DNA of 64,000 nt from Promethearchaeota archaeon (GTDB taxonomy: Archaea > Asgardarchaeota > Lokiarchaeia > Sigyniarchaeales > SOKP01). The stretch lies in NCBI GenBank assembly GCA_030599585.1, contig JAUVNS010000006.1:32001-96000 (forward strand), given 5' to 3'. Below, one piece after another: positions 49,099-58,818 of this stretch. Within the stretch, counting starts at the first letter, position 1; each line of letters opens with the position of its first letter. The notes under the pieces were generated by a model. It was not told the DNA's origin. It saw only the letters and a list, made by a program, of their open reading frames with translations, and ran no database searches. The position numbers and the translations under genes are program-made.

Positions 49099-50274
49099 TT
49101 AATTCAAATTTAACGGATATTTTCGATATTTTTCAATTGCATCTCGTAATACTACAATATTTTCCCAAGATGTATTTAAAATATTATGGCTGGGACCGAC
49201 AAAATAACCACCATTAAATCCTGCGGATTTCACGCAACGTTTGACTTCCTGTACAATATCGTTTGGTGTTCCAAAATTAAGAATTCGACTTGAATCTATT
49301 CCTCCCATAAAACTTAATTTATCTCCGAGAGTTTGCTTTAAGTAAGCTAAATCTACACCGGCAGGAGGTTCAAGTGCTTGAATACAATTAAGGCCTGCTT
49401 CTGCCATATATGGCAAGTTTTCATCAATATACCCACAAGAATGTTGAACGATAAACATACCTCGTTGCTTACAAGCGCTATAAAACTTTTTATAATAAGG
49501 TAAAATAAATTTCTTAAATTGTTCAATTGATAAAATTGAGCGCCCTTTAAACCCTAAATCGTCTGAATAAAAAACGACATCTACTCCAGCTTCATGAAAC
49601 CGTTTGATAACTTCGATATTTAATTTAGTATACTCACTAAGAAGCTCATGGATAAACTGGGGGTTTTTTCGCATATAATAGGCTACACGGCCCATTGTCA
49701 TCCCTTCAAATAGAGCTTCATGAATAGCTACCGGTACGAACGCCATCGGATATAAATACTTTTTTAGAGAATCTACATATCCATCCCAAACTTTGGGTGT
49801 ATAATTAAGCTTGTCATTGACCTGTTCTGAAGGCTTTCCATATTTATCCCAGTAATGATGTACAATCTCCGGAGTTCGAAAATGTCCATCTACATACCAC
49901 AGATAAGCCAAACCCGTATCAACTTGTTTAACCAGTTTCCACACACATCCGTTAAGCGCACTGATCATGCAATCAGGATATTCAGGGGGAGCACGCTTTA
50001 CACGTTCTTTATATTTTTTGGGTCCCCAAGGATCCATTGAATGGCAATCAACATTCCAGAATCGTAGCTCAGTAATATCGCCTGCCCAGCAGTATTTAAC
50101 TTTAGAAAAATCGTTTTCTACGATTGTTTTATATTTGGTATATTCCTCAGTTTTTAGAAATCTCTGATAGGCACTAGCAGTAAATTCAAAACCTAAATAG
50201 TGAACAGGTAGCTTGTCAATATTGTCATTTAATTCTAATGTCCTAATCACTCTTTCTCTTTTTGATAATTTCAT
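49099..50274 (-). CDS. Uroporphyrinogen decarboxylase/MtaA superfamily protein
   Basis: SKRERV, SDDLG, QHSCG, LEPPAGVDL, MGGID and GPSHNI. Confidence 0.87.
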   Translation of the reverse strand: MKLSKRERVIRTLELNDNIDKLPVHYLGFEFTASAYQRFLKTEEYTKYKTIVENDFSKVKYCWAGDITELRFWNVDCHSMDPWGPKKYKERVKRAPPEYPDCMISALNGCVWKLVKQVDTGLAYLWYVDGHFRTPEIVHHYWDKYGKPSEQVNDKLNYTPKVWDGYVDSLKKYLYPMAFVPVAIHEALFEGMTMGRVAYYMRKNPQFIHELLSEYTKLNIEVIKRFHEAGVDVVFYSDDLGFKGRSILSIEQFKKFILPYYKKFYSACKQRGMFIVQHSCGYIDENLPYMAEAGLNCIQALEPPAGVDLAYLKQTLGDKLSFMGGIDSSRILNFGTPNDIVQEVKRCVKSAGFNGGYFVGPSHNILNTSWENIVVLRDAIEKYRKYPLNLN

Positions 50275-50382
50275 GACAAAAGCTCGTATTATTGTAGTAA
50301 TGTAAAAAAGAAATTAAACTTTAAAAATTAAGCCCCTTTTAACAACTTATATAAAATTGTATAAAATTGTTGACTTTATAGT

Positions 50383-51297
50383 ATGAGATTTGGAATTTCA
50401 CCCTTGACTTACGATCTGTTAATTGATGGAATTCTTGCTAAAAAAGGTTTGAAAGGCTTATCAGATTTCCAATTTTCTGATATTGTTAAAAACGCAGCAA
50501 CAGCAGGATATCAACATTTTGAGATCCAGTTGGATTTGTTTCAGATTTTTCCAATTACAATGGATAGTAATCAAATTAAAATATTACAAGAAATCAAAAA
50601 TGAATATGACATCACGTATTCGGCTCATCTGCCTTTTTTAAGCTTAGATCTTGGGGGTCCCAATAGATTCATATGCGAAGGAAGTGTTAATTCTTTAATA
50701 GATGCTTACAATTCTATTATAGAATTAGAGGACGATATTGATGTCTTTGTCTTGCATCCCACTGGGGAAACGGTTGCAAGCGTTATGGGATTTATCGAAA
50801 GTCCTCAGATTAAACAAATAACATCTGAATTATTCAGCGTTAATGCTATACAGAGCATTGAGAAATTCATAGAAGAGACTGGTGTAAAAAGTGACAAAAT
50901 CGCTATAGAAAATATAGTATTTCCTTTTGAAGCTACAATTAAAATCATTAAGAAATTGAAGACAAGGCTATGTATAGATACCGCACATGTTCTTGGTGGT
51001 TTTTCAGGAAATCACGATCTCCTTGAAATTACAGAAAAATATTTGAATATAACAGCCGAAATTCATCTCCAAGACTACGACGAAGAGAATTTATTTTCCG
51101 ATCATGCCGCTTTAGGGGCTGGAAAGAATTTTCCGCCCGAATTTCTAAATTTGATCCATCAGAAGAATTTTGATGGTCCTGTTGTCTTTGAATTACCTCA
51201 AAATGATACAATAAAATCGATTAAATATATAAGAGAAAACGCGCCTCAAGTAAAAATTCCAGAGATCAAGGATCAACCCTTTTATAAGAGAAATTAG
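50383..51297 (+). CDS. AP-endonuclease-2/xylose-isomerase-like TIM barrel protein (possibly CbiR-like phosphodiesterase)
   Basis: Metal-ligand motifs SAHLP, VLHP, AIEN, CIDTAH, IHLQD, DH.ALG and VFEL. Confidence 0.75.
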   Translation: MRFGISPLTYDLLIDGILAKKGLKGLSDFQFSDIVKNAATAGYQHFEIQLDLFQIFPITMDSNQIKILQEIKNEYDITYSAHLPFLSLDLGGPNRFICEGSVNSLIDAYNSIIELEDDIDVFVLHPTGETVASVMGFIESPQIKQITSELFSVNAIQSIEKFIEETGVKSDKIAIENIVFPFEATIKIIKKLKTRLCIDTAHVLGGFSGNHDLLEITEKYLNITAEIHLQDYDEENLFSDHAALGAGKNFPPEFLNLIHQKNFDGPVVFELPQNDTIKSIKYIRENAPQVKIPEIKDQPFYKRN

Positions 51298-54047
51298 AAC
51301 TTTTTTAATTGATCTTCAAGTTGTTCAATTTTAAACTTTAATTCTTCAAGTTTTTTTCTTTCCTTTTCAACTAAATCTTTTGGAGCTCGTTCTGAAAATT
51401 GACTCTGCAGCTTCTTTTCGATTTTAACAGCCTCATTTTTGGCTTTTTCTAACGAGGTGTGGATTCTTGCTTTATGCTTTTCAATATCAGATTCAGACAA
51501 GGGAACAAATGCAGGTATTCCCCTAAGCACGATTTGGGCTGCTTGAGGAGGTGGAACGATTTTTTTATCGATAATAAATTTATTTTCGTCTATAAATGCC
51601 ATTTTAACTAATTCGTTCCTACATAATTCAAACAATTCTTGTTGAGCTTTAGTTTCAATTGAAATTTGTAATGGGACAAGAGTCTTTAAGGGAATTCCAA
51701 AATCATGTTTTACCCATCTTATCTCCCGAACAAAATCTGCCATCAAGAGAAAACTTTCTTCTATGGTTGGATCGATAAATGATTCTTGTGCTGTTGGCCA
51801 AGGAGCATACATTATTGTGGGTGTAGTTTTAAGGTTGTCTGGAAGAGATTGCCATAGTTTTTCAGTAATGAACGGCATAACAGGATGGAGTAATTTATAG
51901 AATGTTTCTAATACATGGAGGAGTATCGCCTTTTGAATGTGTTTATCGGAATAAGTTTCATCGTATAGAAAAATTTTGCTCATCTCAATGTACCAATCGC
52001 AAAATTCACTCCAAAAAAATGATTTTATTTCCCTTGTCATCCGCAAGTAATCGTAATTATCCATGCACGATTGTACTTCTTTAATCAGTGAGTTCAGGCG
52101 AGAAAGAATCCATTTATCTGGGAATTTTAGCTTATCCAACTCGATTTCGTCGATTTTAGGAATTTCCTCATCTGAAGTAATGTTGGTTAAAACATAGCGA
52201 GAAGCTTGCCAGATTTTATTACAATATTTATGAGCAACCTCAATATTTTTGGGATCATAACTAGTGTCTAATCCTGGAACACTATTTGATATCATTACAT
52301 AACGGAGAGAGTCTGCTCCAAAATCTTTTATAATTACTAAAGGATCATATTGAGCGATATTTTCCATAGATTTGCTTATCTTTCTTCCTTTTTCGTCTCG
52401 AATCATACCGTGTAGATAAACTGTGTGGTATGGAGTTTGTCCTGTTAGCTCGATTCCCATCATAAGTTCTCTCGCAACCCAAAAAAAGAGAATATCATAA
52501 CCTGTTTCTCTAGTATCGGTTGGATAGAAGCGTTTGTAATCCGGATGATCGGTATTCGGCCACCCCAATGTTGAATAAGGCCATAAACCACTTGAGAACC
52601 AAGTATCTAATACGTCCTCATCTTGATGAACTCTGGAACTCTTACATTTAGGACATGTTAATACAGATTCCACATCAGGTTCGGGGCAAATTTCTTCACC
52701 ACATTCATCACAGTACCAAACTGGAATCCTGTGACCCCACCAAAGCTGGCGTGATATACACCAATCGTGTATATTTTCCATCCATTGGAAAAAACGACGC
52801 TGCTCCCTTTCAGGAATTATATTTGTCTCACCACTCCGAACTTTCTCCATAGCAGGCCCAGCAAGTGGCTTTGTTTTCACAAACCACTGAATTGAAACGC
52901 GGGGTTCTATGATTGCATGACATCGTTGACAGTGTGGTTCAGCATGAACATAAGGTTCGATATCAGTTATTAATCCTTCTTTTTCAAGATCTTTTAGGAT
53001 TGCTTTCCGACACTCAAATCGATCCAAACCGGTATAAGCTTCAACAAACCCAGAGAGAATTTGAGCGTTCTCATTAAAGATATTTATGAATTCTAAATCG
53101 TGCTTTTTACCAATTTCAAAATCATTAGGATCATGAGCAGGAGTTATTTTTAAAGCTCCTGTACCAAATTCGGGATCCACAAATTGATCTGCAATTATTG
53201 GAACGGAACGACCGACAGCTGGGATAACTGCTTGTTTACCAATATATTTAGCATATTTAGGATGGGATTTAATTGTAGCCACAGCGGTGTCACCTAATAG
53301 CGTTTCAGGTCTAGTTGTAGCAACAACAATAAAATCTGTAGCACCTTCTGCCCATTTACCACTTGCCCACGCATATTGGGGGCTTTTCCAGGCTTTAGTA
53401 ATAATTGGATACTTGATATACCATAGATGACCGTGTTCATCAATAGCTTCAGTCTCTAAGTCGGATATTGCGGAAACACACCGTCCTGGGCACCAATTAA
53501 CCATGTATTCTCCTCGATATATTAATCCTTTATGATACAATCTGTAGAATGCTTCCCGTACGGCTCGTGATAAGTTTGGGTCCAATGTGAAATATTCCCG
53601 ACTCCAATCGCAGCTAATACCCATGCTTTTCGATTGTTCGGTAATTCGGGCGTGATACTTATGTTTCCATTCCCAAACTTTTTGTACGAATTTTTCACGC
53701 CCTAAATCTTTATGATTTATGCCTTGTTTTAATAGTTCCCTAACAACAACATTTTGAGTTGCAATTCCGGCGTGGTCGGTACCCGGGATATAAAGAGTTT
53801 CTTTCTGCCGCATACGCTCGTAACGCGTCATTAAATCCTCAAGTGAAATCACAAGGGCATGACCTGAATGGAGTTGGCCTGTTACATTAGGTAAGGGAAT
53901 CGTAATACAAAACCGTTCAGATTTTTCATTAGTAATTCCCAATTCTTTGGACTTTTCAGGAGCAAAGAAACCCTCTTTCTCCCACCACTCATACAATTCC
54001 TTTTCAATTGTTCGATGATCGTAAATTTTAGTTAATTCGCTAGTCAT
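51294..54047 (-). CDS. valS: Valine--tRNA ligase (bacterial-type, with C-terminal coiled coil)
   Basis: PNVTGQLHSGHA, GTDHAGIATQ, ATTRPET, DWCISRQLWWGHRIP, DVLDTWFSS and KISKS. Confidence 0.96.
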   Translation of the reverse strand: MTSELTKIYDHRTIEKELYEWWEKEGFFAPEKSKELGITNEKSERFCITIPLPNVTGQLHSGHALVISLEDLMTRYERMRQKETLYIPGTDHAGIATQNVVVRELLKQGINHKDLGREKFVQKVWEWKHKYHARITEQSKSMGISCDWSREYFTLDPNLSRAVREAFYRLYHKGLIYRGEYMVNWCPGRCVSAISDLETEAIDEHGHLWYIKYPIITKAWKSPQYAWASGKWAEGATDFIVVATTRPETLLGDTAVATIKSHPKYAKYIGKQAVIPAVGRSVPIIADQFVDPEFGTGALKITPAHDPNDFEIGKKHDLEFINIFNENAQILSGFVEAYTGLDRFECRKAILKDLEKEGLITDIEPYVHAEPHCQRCHAIIEPRVSIQWFVKTKPLAGPAMEKVRSGETNIIPEREQRRFFQWMENIHDWCISRQLWWGHRIPVWYCDECGEEICPEPDVESVLTCPKCKSSRVHQDEDVLDTWFSSGLWPYSTLGWPNTDHPDYKRFYPTDTRETGYDILFFWVARELMMGIELTGQTPYHTVYLHGMIRDEKGRKISKSMENIAQYDPLVIIKDFGADSLRYVMISNSVPGLDTSYDPKNIEVAHKYCNKIWQASRYVLTNITSDEEIPKIDEIELDKLKFPDKWILSRLNSLIKEVQSCMDNYDYLRMTREIKSFFWSEFCDWYIEMSKIFLYDETYSDKHIQKAILLHVLETFYKLLHPVMPFITEKLWQSLPDNLKTTPTIMYAPWPTAQESFIDPTIEESFLLMADFVREIRWVKHDFGIPLKTLVPLQISIETKAQQELFELCRNELVKMAFIDENKFIIDKKIVPPPQAAQIVLRGIPAFVPLSESDIEKHKARIHTSLEKAKNEAVKIEKKLQSQFSERAPKDLVEKERKKLEELKFKIEQLEDQLKKF

Positions 54048-54163
54048 TTTAATTCCTCAAATAATGTTATATAGTTCCAGAAATATCTTAAAAATTTCGG
54101 ATCAACCTAACAAGAATCAATTGAAATGTAAAAATTAATTTGTTTTGTTTTAATCTTTTTTTT

Positions 54164-55420
54164 ATGGAATATAAAGAGGATATTGATAAAGCAAAGGAAC
54201 GAATGAATGCATGGTGGGATCACGAAATCATCGATCGACCAGTTCTAAGCTACTATTACCCAAAAAAAAGAGGAAAACTTGGAGTATTTTTAGATACCGT
54301 AGGTGAAGATTGGACTTTAGCTAAAAATTATGAAGATATTGATAATGCATTGGATGGATACGAAAAACGAGCCGGGGAAACCTATTTTGGAGGGGAATCG
54401 TTTCCTTTTTTCTTTCCCAACTATGGTCCAGGAATAATGGCGGCAGTATTTGGAGTAATCCCCACTTTTAAATCTAGCACAGTTTGGTTTAGTCTTCCAA
54501 CAAAACCAGAAGATATCATAGAACACTTGGAAAGTATTAAGCTAAACCAAAATAACGAATGGTATTCAAGACTACTCAGAATAACTGAAACTGCGGCAAA
54601 GAGAGCCGGAAAGAACTACCTAATATCAATGACCGATATTGGTGGCGTTTTAGATATACTTTCATCGTTCTTAGGACCAACCAACATAATTCTAACCATG
54701 AAAAGAAAACCTGAAGTTATAGATACATGCCGGTCTATTATTCTAGAGAAATTATTAAGGGTGTACGATGATTTACAGAAAATTGTTGATCAATATTGCG
54801 ACGGGTGTACTTGTTGGTTAGGTGTTTGGGGCAAAAAGCGATGGTATGCGTTACAGAGCGATTTTTGTGCGATGCTGAATCCTAAATGGTTTAAAAAATT
54901 TGTCTTACAAGATCTCGTAGAGCAAGCCAACCACATGAATTACGCCATTTATCATCTAGACGGGCCAAACGCATTACCACATTTAGATTATCTTTTAAAG
55001 GAACCCAGTATATCAGGAATTCAATGGGTTCCAGGAGCAGGAAATGCATCTATGGGTTCGAACGATTGGATACCTCTTTATAAAAGAATTCAAGAAGCAG
55101 GTAAAAATTTAGTAATTGATTCTGCGCCGGAAAATGTTTCACATCTTTATAAAAACCTGGACCCTAAAGGGTTATATGTGCGAACCTTTTATCGATCGGA
55201 ATATATTGCAAACCAATATTTACCTAAATTTGCAGGAGGTCATGAGGGTGAACTCATATTAGAAGCAACTAATTGGTTAAAAGAACAAGGAAAGGATAAA
55301 ATTACCAAGGAGGCGTTAAATAATTTTTTGCTTTTTAAAAAATCAGAATTAGAAAACAAGTATCGAAAGGATTTGCTTAAAGAGATCAATAATATATTTT
55401 CAAGTAATTGGCATTACTAA
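54164..55420 (+). CDS. UroD/MetE-like superfamily protein (HLDG subgroup)
   Basis: AKERMNAWW..E..DRP, NYGPG..AA, LQSDF..M, YHLDG and IQWVPGAG. ATG at 54164 preferred over TTG at 54140. Confidence 0.75.
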   Translation: MEYKEDIDKAKERMNAWWDHEIIDRPVLSYYYPKKRGKLGVFLDTVGEDWTLAKNYEDIDNALDGYEKRAGETYFGGESFPFFFPNYGPGIMAAVFGVIPTFKSSTVWFSLPTKPEDIIEHLESIKLNQNNEWYSRLLRITETAAKRAGKNYLISMTDIGGVLDILSSFLGPTNIILTMKRKPEVIDTCRSIILEKLLRVYDDLQKIVDQYCDGCTCWLGVWGKKRWYALQSDFCAMLNPKWFKKFVLQDLVEQANHMNYAIYHLDGPNALPHLDYLLKEPSISGIQWVPGAGNASMGSNDWIPLYKRIQEAGKNLVIDSAPENVSHLYKNLDPKGLYVRTFYRSEYIANQYLPKFAGGHEGELILEATNWLKEQGKDKITKEALNNFLLFKKSELENKYRKDLLKEINNIFSSNWHY

Positions 55421-55446
55421 ATACAATACAATTATATACTCACTTT

Positions 55447-56607
55447 TTACAGTTTTAAAGGGTATTTACGATACTTCTCAATTGCAGCTCTCATTGCTAA
55501 AACATTCTCCCACGGCATATTTAAAATGTCGTGACTAGGTCCTACAAAAAAACCGCCGCCTTTTCCAGCCTTCTTTATTGTGCTCCTTACATTTTCGTAC
55601 GTATCTTCGGGAGTTCCATGAGTTAAAACCCCTGAGGAGTCCAATCCACCCATAAAGCACAAACGGTCCCCTAGCGATTCTTTTAATCCAGCCAAGTCAA
55701 CTCCTGCTGTTGCTTCTAAAGATTGAATGCAATTAAGCCCAGCATCAACTAAATCAGGTAAATATTGATCACATTTCCCACAAGAATGGAGTACAACTAT
55801 CACACCCCTTTTTTTACATGTATTGTAAATTCTTTTGTGATATGGAAGGATAAATTCTCGAAAAACTTTCATAGAAAAGAATCCATTGTCTTTATAACCC
55901 AAATCATCGCCGAACATTACTATATCAACGCCTACTTCAGCTAACCGTTTAACTATTTCAATATTAACCTTCGTGTACTCGTCCATAATTTCGTGAATGA
56001 ATTTTGGATTTTTGCGTATATAATAAGCAAAACGAGTAAAAGAAAGACCCCCAATTAAAACTTCAGATGGGTTAATGGGTAAATTTGCCATTGGATAGAA
56101 ATAGGGCGCAAGGGCTTCAACAAATCCGTCCCATTTTTGAGTCGAGTATTTAACCCTATCGTTAATTAATTCGGTAGGTTTGCCATACTGATCCCAATAC
56201 GAGTGCAAGATCTCCGGATTTGTAAAATAACCTCCAACATACCAAGCATATTCCAAACCTGTATTAATTTGCTTCACAGTTCTGTATAATCTTCCGTCCA
56301 TCCTATTAAGACGACAGCCAGCGTATTCAGGAGGTGCGTTTTCGTATCGCACTTTTATTTTATTTTCCCCAAATGGGTCCATTCCATAAAGATCGGCGTT
56401 CCAAAAGCGTTGTTCTGTAATATAGTATTTAATATTAGCTTTCGTATTTTTTACGGAACTATGATATCTTTTCCGTTCTTCTGATTCTTTAAAAGCTTGG
56501 AAAGAAAGCCCTGTTTGTTCAAAACCAAATAAATGTATAGGAACAATATCGGGTTCGCCATCAAGCTCGAGAGTTTTGAATACACGCTCCCGCTTTGATA
56601 AGCCCAT
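55447..56607 (-). CDS. Uroporphyrinogen decarboxylase/MtaA superfamily protein, paralogue of 49099
   Basis: SKRERV, GDDLG, LHSCG, LEATAGVDL and GPSHDI. Confidence 0.87.
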   Translation of the reverse strand: MGLSKRERVFKTLELDGEPDIVPIHLFGFEQTGLSFQAFKESEERKRYHSSVKNTKANIKYYITEQRFWNADLYGMDPFGENKIKVRYENAPPEYAGCRLNRMDGRLYRTVKQINTGLEYAWYVGGYFTNPEILHSYWDQYGKPTELINDRVKYSTQKWDGFVEALAPYFYPMANLPINPSEVLIGGLSFTRFAYYIRKNPKFIHEIMDEYTKVNIEIVKRLAEVGVDIVMFGDDLGYKDNGFFSMKVFREFILPYHKRIYNTCKKRGVIVVLHSCGKCDQYLPDLVDAGLNCIQSLEATAGVDLAGLKESLGDRLCFMGGLDSSGVLTHGTPEDTYENVRSTIKKAGKGGGFFVGPSHDILNMPWENVLAMRAAIEKYRKYPLKL

Positions 56608-56778
56608 AATTTCTGTGAAATTTACTCAATATAATTTTAAATTAGATTAATAGAGGGTAGAATTATATTAAACTAAAAAACATTTCTTAATTGAAGGTTT
56701 ATATAGACTTAAAAGTAAGATTTCTTTTAGCAAGAGCTATAGCCATTCGGTTATAGATATGGTTTAGTAAGCATTAAC

Positions 56779-57426
56779 TCAAACATATATTTCTTTGCGG
56801 AAACTATCGAAAATAAGCATCGTTCCTATTATTAATATTATAGGTGAAGTAATATTCATAAGGTTTATTAAAAAGATTTCTGGTCTTAAAATACTTCCCA
56901 ATCCAATAAAAATTACGCCTGAAATCACTTTCAGAGATTTCTGTTTTGCTATTCCTGTATTTTTTAAAAATTTAAGGAATAATAAATAAGGAATGAATGA
57001 AGTGATAGTTAAAATACATAGTAATATTATATTTGGCAGACCCGTGAAACTTAAAATAAGTATTATAATTAATGGGATTATTCCCGCAAAATAATGTCTT
57101 TCATAAGTAATCTTATTCATTACTTTCTCCAAATGTATGATTTTGTTCCAAAATGGAAAGAACAACAGTAAAATTCTGGCTCTAAGTAGAAAATCGTAAG
57201 TAATAATATCTATTGGTAAAGAGACTGAGAAAATTTTCATAAGATTTTCAATGGCTATAATAAAAAAGAAGATTTCCCATGAAAATAAGTCGTTATAAAA
57301 GTGAAAGTCTTTTTCTTTAGAGAATTTCTTTGAGATATAAAGCTTATTAATTATAATTAAAGCAATAGATATTGATAAAACTACATTAACTAAAAATAAT
57401 ATTACACCGATAAATACAAAATCCAA
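56779..57426 (-). CDS. Hypothetical multi-pass membrane protein
   Basis: About 7 hydrophobic segments. TTG start 2 bp after the upstream stop. Confidence 0.72.
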   Translation of the reverse strand: MDFVFIGVILFLVNVVLSISIALIIINKLYISKKFSKEKDFHFYNDLFSWEIFFFIIAIENLMKIFSVSLPIDIITYDFLLRARILLLFFPFWNKIIHLEKVMNKITYERHYFAGIIPLIIILILSFTGLPNIILLCILTITSFIPYLLFLKFLKNTGIAKQKSLKVISGVIFIGLGSILRPEIFLINLMNITSPIILIIGTMLIFDSFRKEIYV

Positions 57427-57428
57427 TT

Positions 57429-58718
57429 TTATCCCTCTAATAAATGAAATACTACAATTGGTATTAAATTTCCTTCAAGGGATACTCGCTCATTATTGGC
57501 ACGATTTACCAAATTATTTGCCATACTATTAATCGACTGTTCAGCAGAATCGAGATCGAACAATTTTCTATATTTTGGATCATCTGGATTTGATAATATT
57601 TTCCTTTGCCATTTCAAACCTAATGCATTTGCCTGTAATTGTAGCCCTGCTAACGCCATTCCAGCCTCAACTTCGGCCCAATACTTAAGATTCATAACTC
57701 TGTGCATTAATCCCGTACAAGGCTTTTTTCGATCAATACATAATAATATGGCATAATTAGAGAAACTAATATCAAACTCCTTTTCAATCTCAGTTCTAAA
57801 AGTCTCAGAGCTAAATTTTTGTATAAAATGGTCGTATGTTATGGCTCCATTAACCTTAATCCATCTATTCAACGCAGAATACCCGACTGGATTATAATGG
57901 TATGATCCATTTGGGACATTAGCAAGATCCCGTACATAAACTAGTGGATATACTGCATATCCCGCACATCCTGATGCATGCACACGACCGTAACCATTTT
58001 TCTCTAAAACATCACGGTTTCCATGAGTCGCATGATCTGTTTCTCCTTGACAAGCCCAGAGTAGTTGAGAGATTTGATGTAAATTTGTATAGTTTGGTGC
58101 TTTTTCATCAACCAGATTAAAAATAACATCGTCTAGTGGAATACCTTTATACTTATTCTCATAGATTGCACGGTTCTTGTAACAAGCTGGAGTGTCAAGT
58201 AAGATAGTACCCACCTCTACTTTTTTTTGAAGAGGTTCTGCAGTATCTTCTACTAATGCTGCCCTATCTCTCTCTCGAACTGCTACCGAATATAAAAAGG
58301 TATAATTTTGGTTCATTAAATTGTTAACGAGTTTATTATATTTTTTAGGTGCTCTTGCTCGTTGTGATACACCAAGCCCAATACTATCCATTTTTAATGA
58401 GAGATACTGCCATGTAATCCCTACCCGAATTAAATCCTCAAATTCAATAGATTCCTTCCAAACTAATTCGGGATATAGCTCCATAGTAAATTTTGTTTTT
58501 TCTTTATCAGTTAATCGATCCAAACCATCACTATTATATTTATATATCCCTCCGGTATAATCGTCCCCCTCAGGTAATACAATAAATAGAGAATTTGAAG
58601 GTGCTGCTTGAAATGTAGAATTACATACTTCCTTAATAACAGATAATTGCAACACACGCCCTTCACCTGAGCAATCTTTACGCCTTGCCAAACTCTCTTG
58701 AAGACTCACTTTAAGCAC
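57429..58718 (-). CDS. Nitroreductase-superfamily (SagB/ThcOx-like) protein with two tandem domains
   Basis: SLQESLARRK, GIYKY and QYLSL...GLG, then ISQLLWACQG, RVHAS...Y, GSYHYNP and EAG....LQLQANALGL. Confidence 0.7.
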   Translation of the reverse strand: MLKVSLQESLARRKDCSGEGRVLQLSVIKEVCNSTFQAAPSNSLFIVLPEGDDYTGGIYKYNSDGLDRLTDKEKTKFTMELYPELVWKESIEFEDLIRVGITWQYLSLKMDSIGLGVSQRARAPKKYNKLVNNLMNQNYTFLYSVAVRERDRAALVEDTAEPLQKKVEVGTILLDTPACYKNRAIYENKYKGIPLDDVIFNLVDEKAPNYTNLHQISQLLWACQGETDHATHGNRDVLEKNGYGRVHASGCAGYAVYPLVYVRDLANVPNGSYHYNPVGYSALNRWIKVNGAITYDHFIQKFSSETFRTEIEKEFDISFSNYAILLCIDRKKPCTGLMHRVMNLKYWAEVEAGMALAGLQLQANALGLKWQRKILSNPDDPKYRKLFDLDSAEQSINSMANNLVNRANNERVSLEGNLIPIVVFHLLEG

Positions 58719-58818
58719 TAAACTAATTTTAATAAAGTAATTATAATAAGAAGATTAGTATATTAGTTCAAAACTTTTTTGACTTTTAAAAAAAATAAGA
58801 ATAAAAAATAAGATTAAA

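Noticed and set aside
56737-56756. Short hairpin CTATAGCC-ATTC-GGTTATAG downstream of the membrane-protein gene
   Set aside because: Single 8-bp stem with no second copy or other support.
57429-58718. SagB-like gene as part of a RiPP (azole) cluster
   Set aside because: No YcaO, E1-like protein or precursor peptide is in the vicinity.
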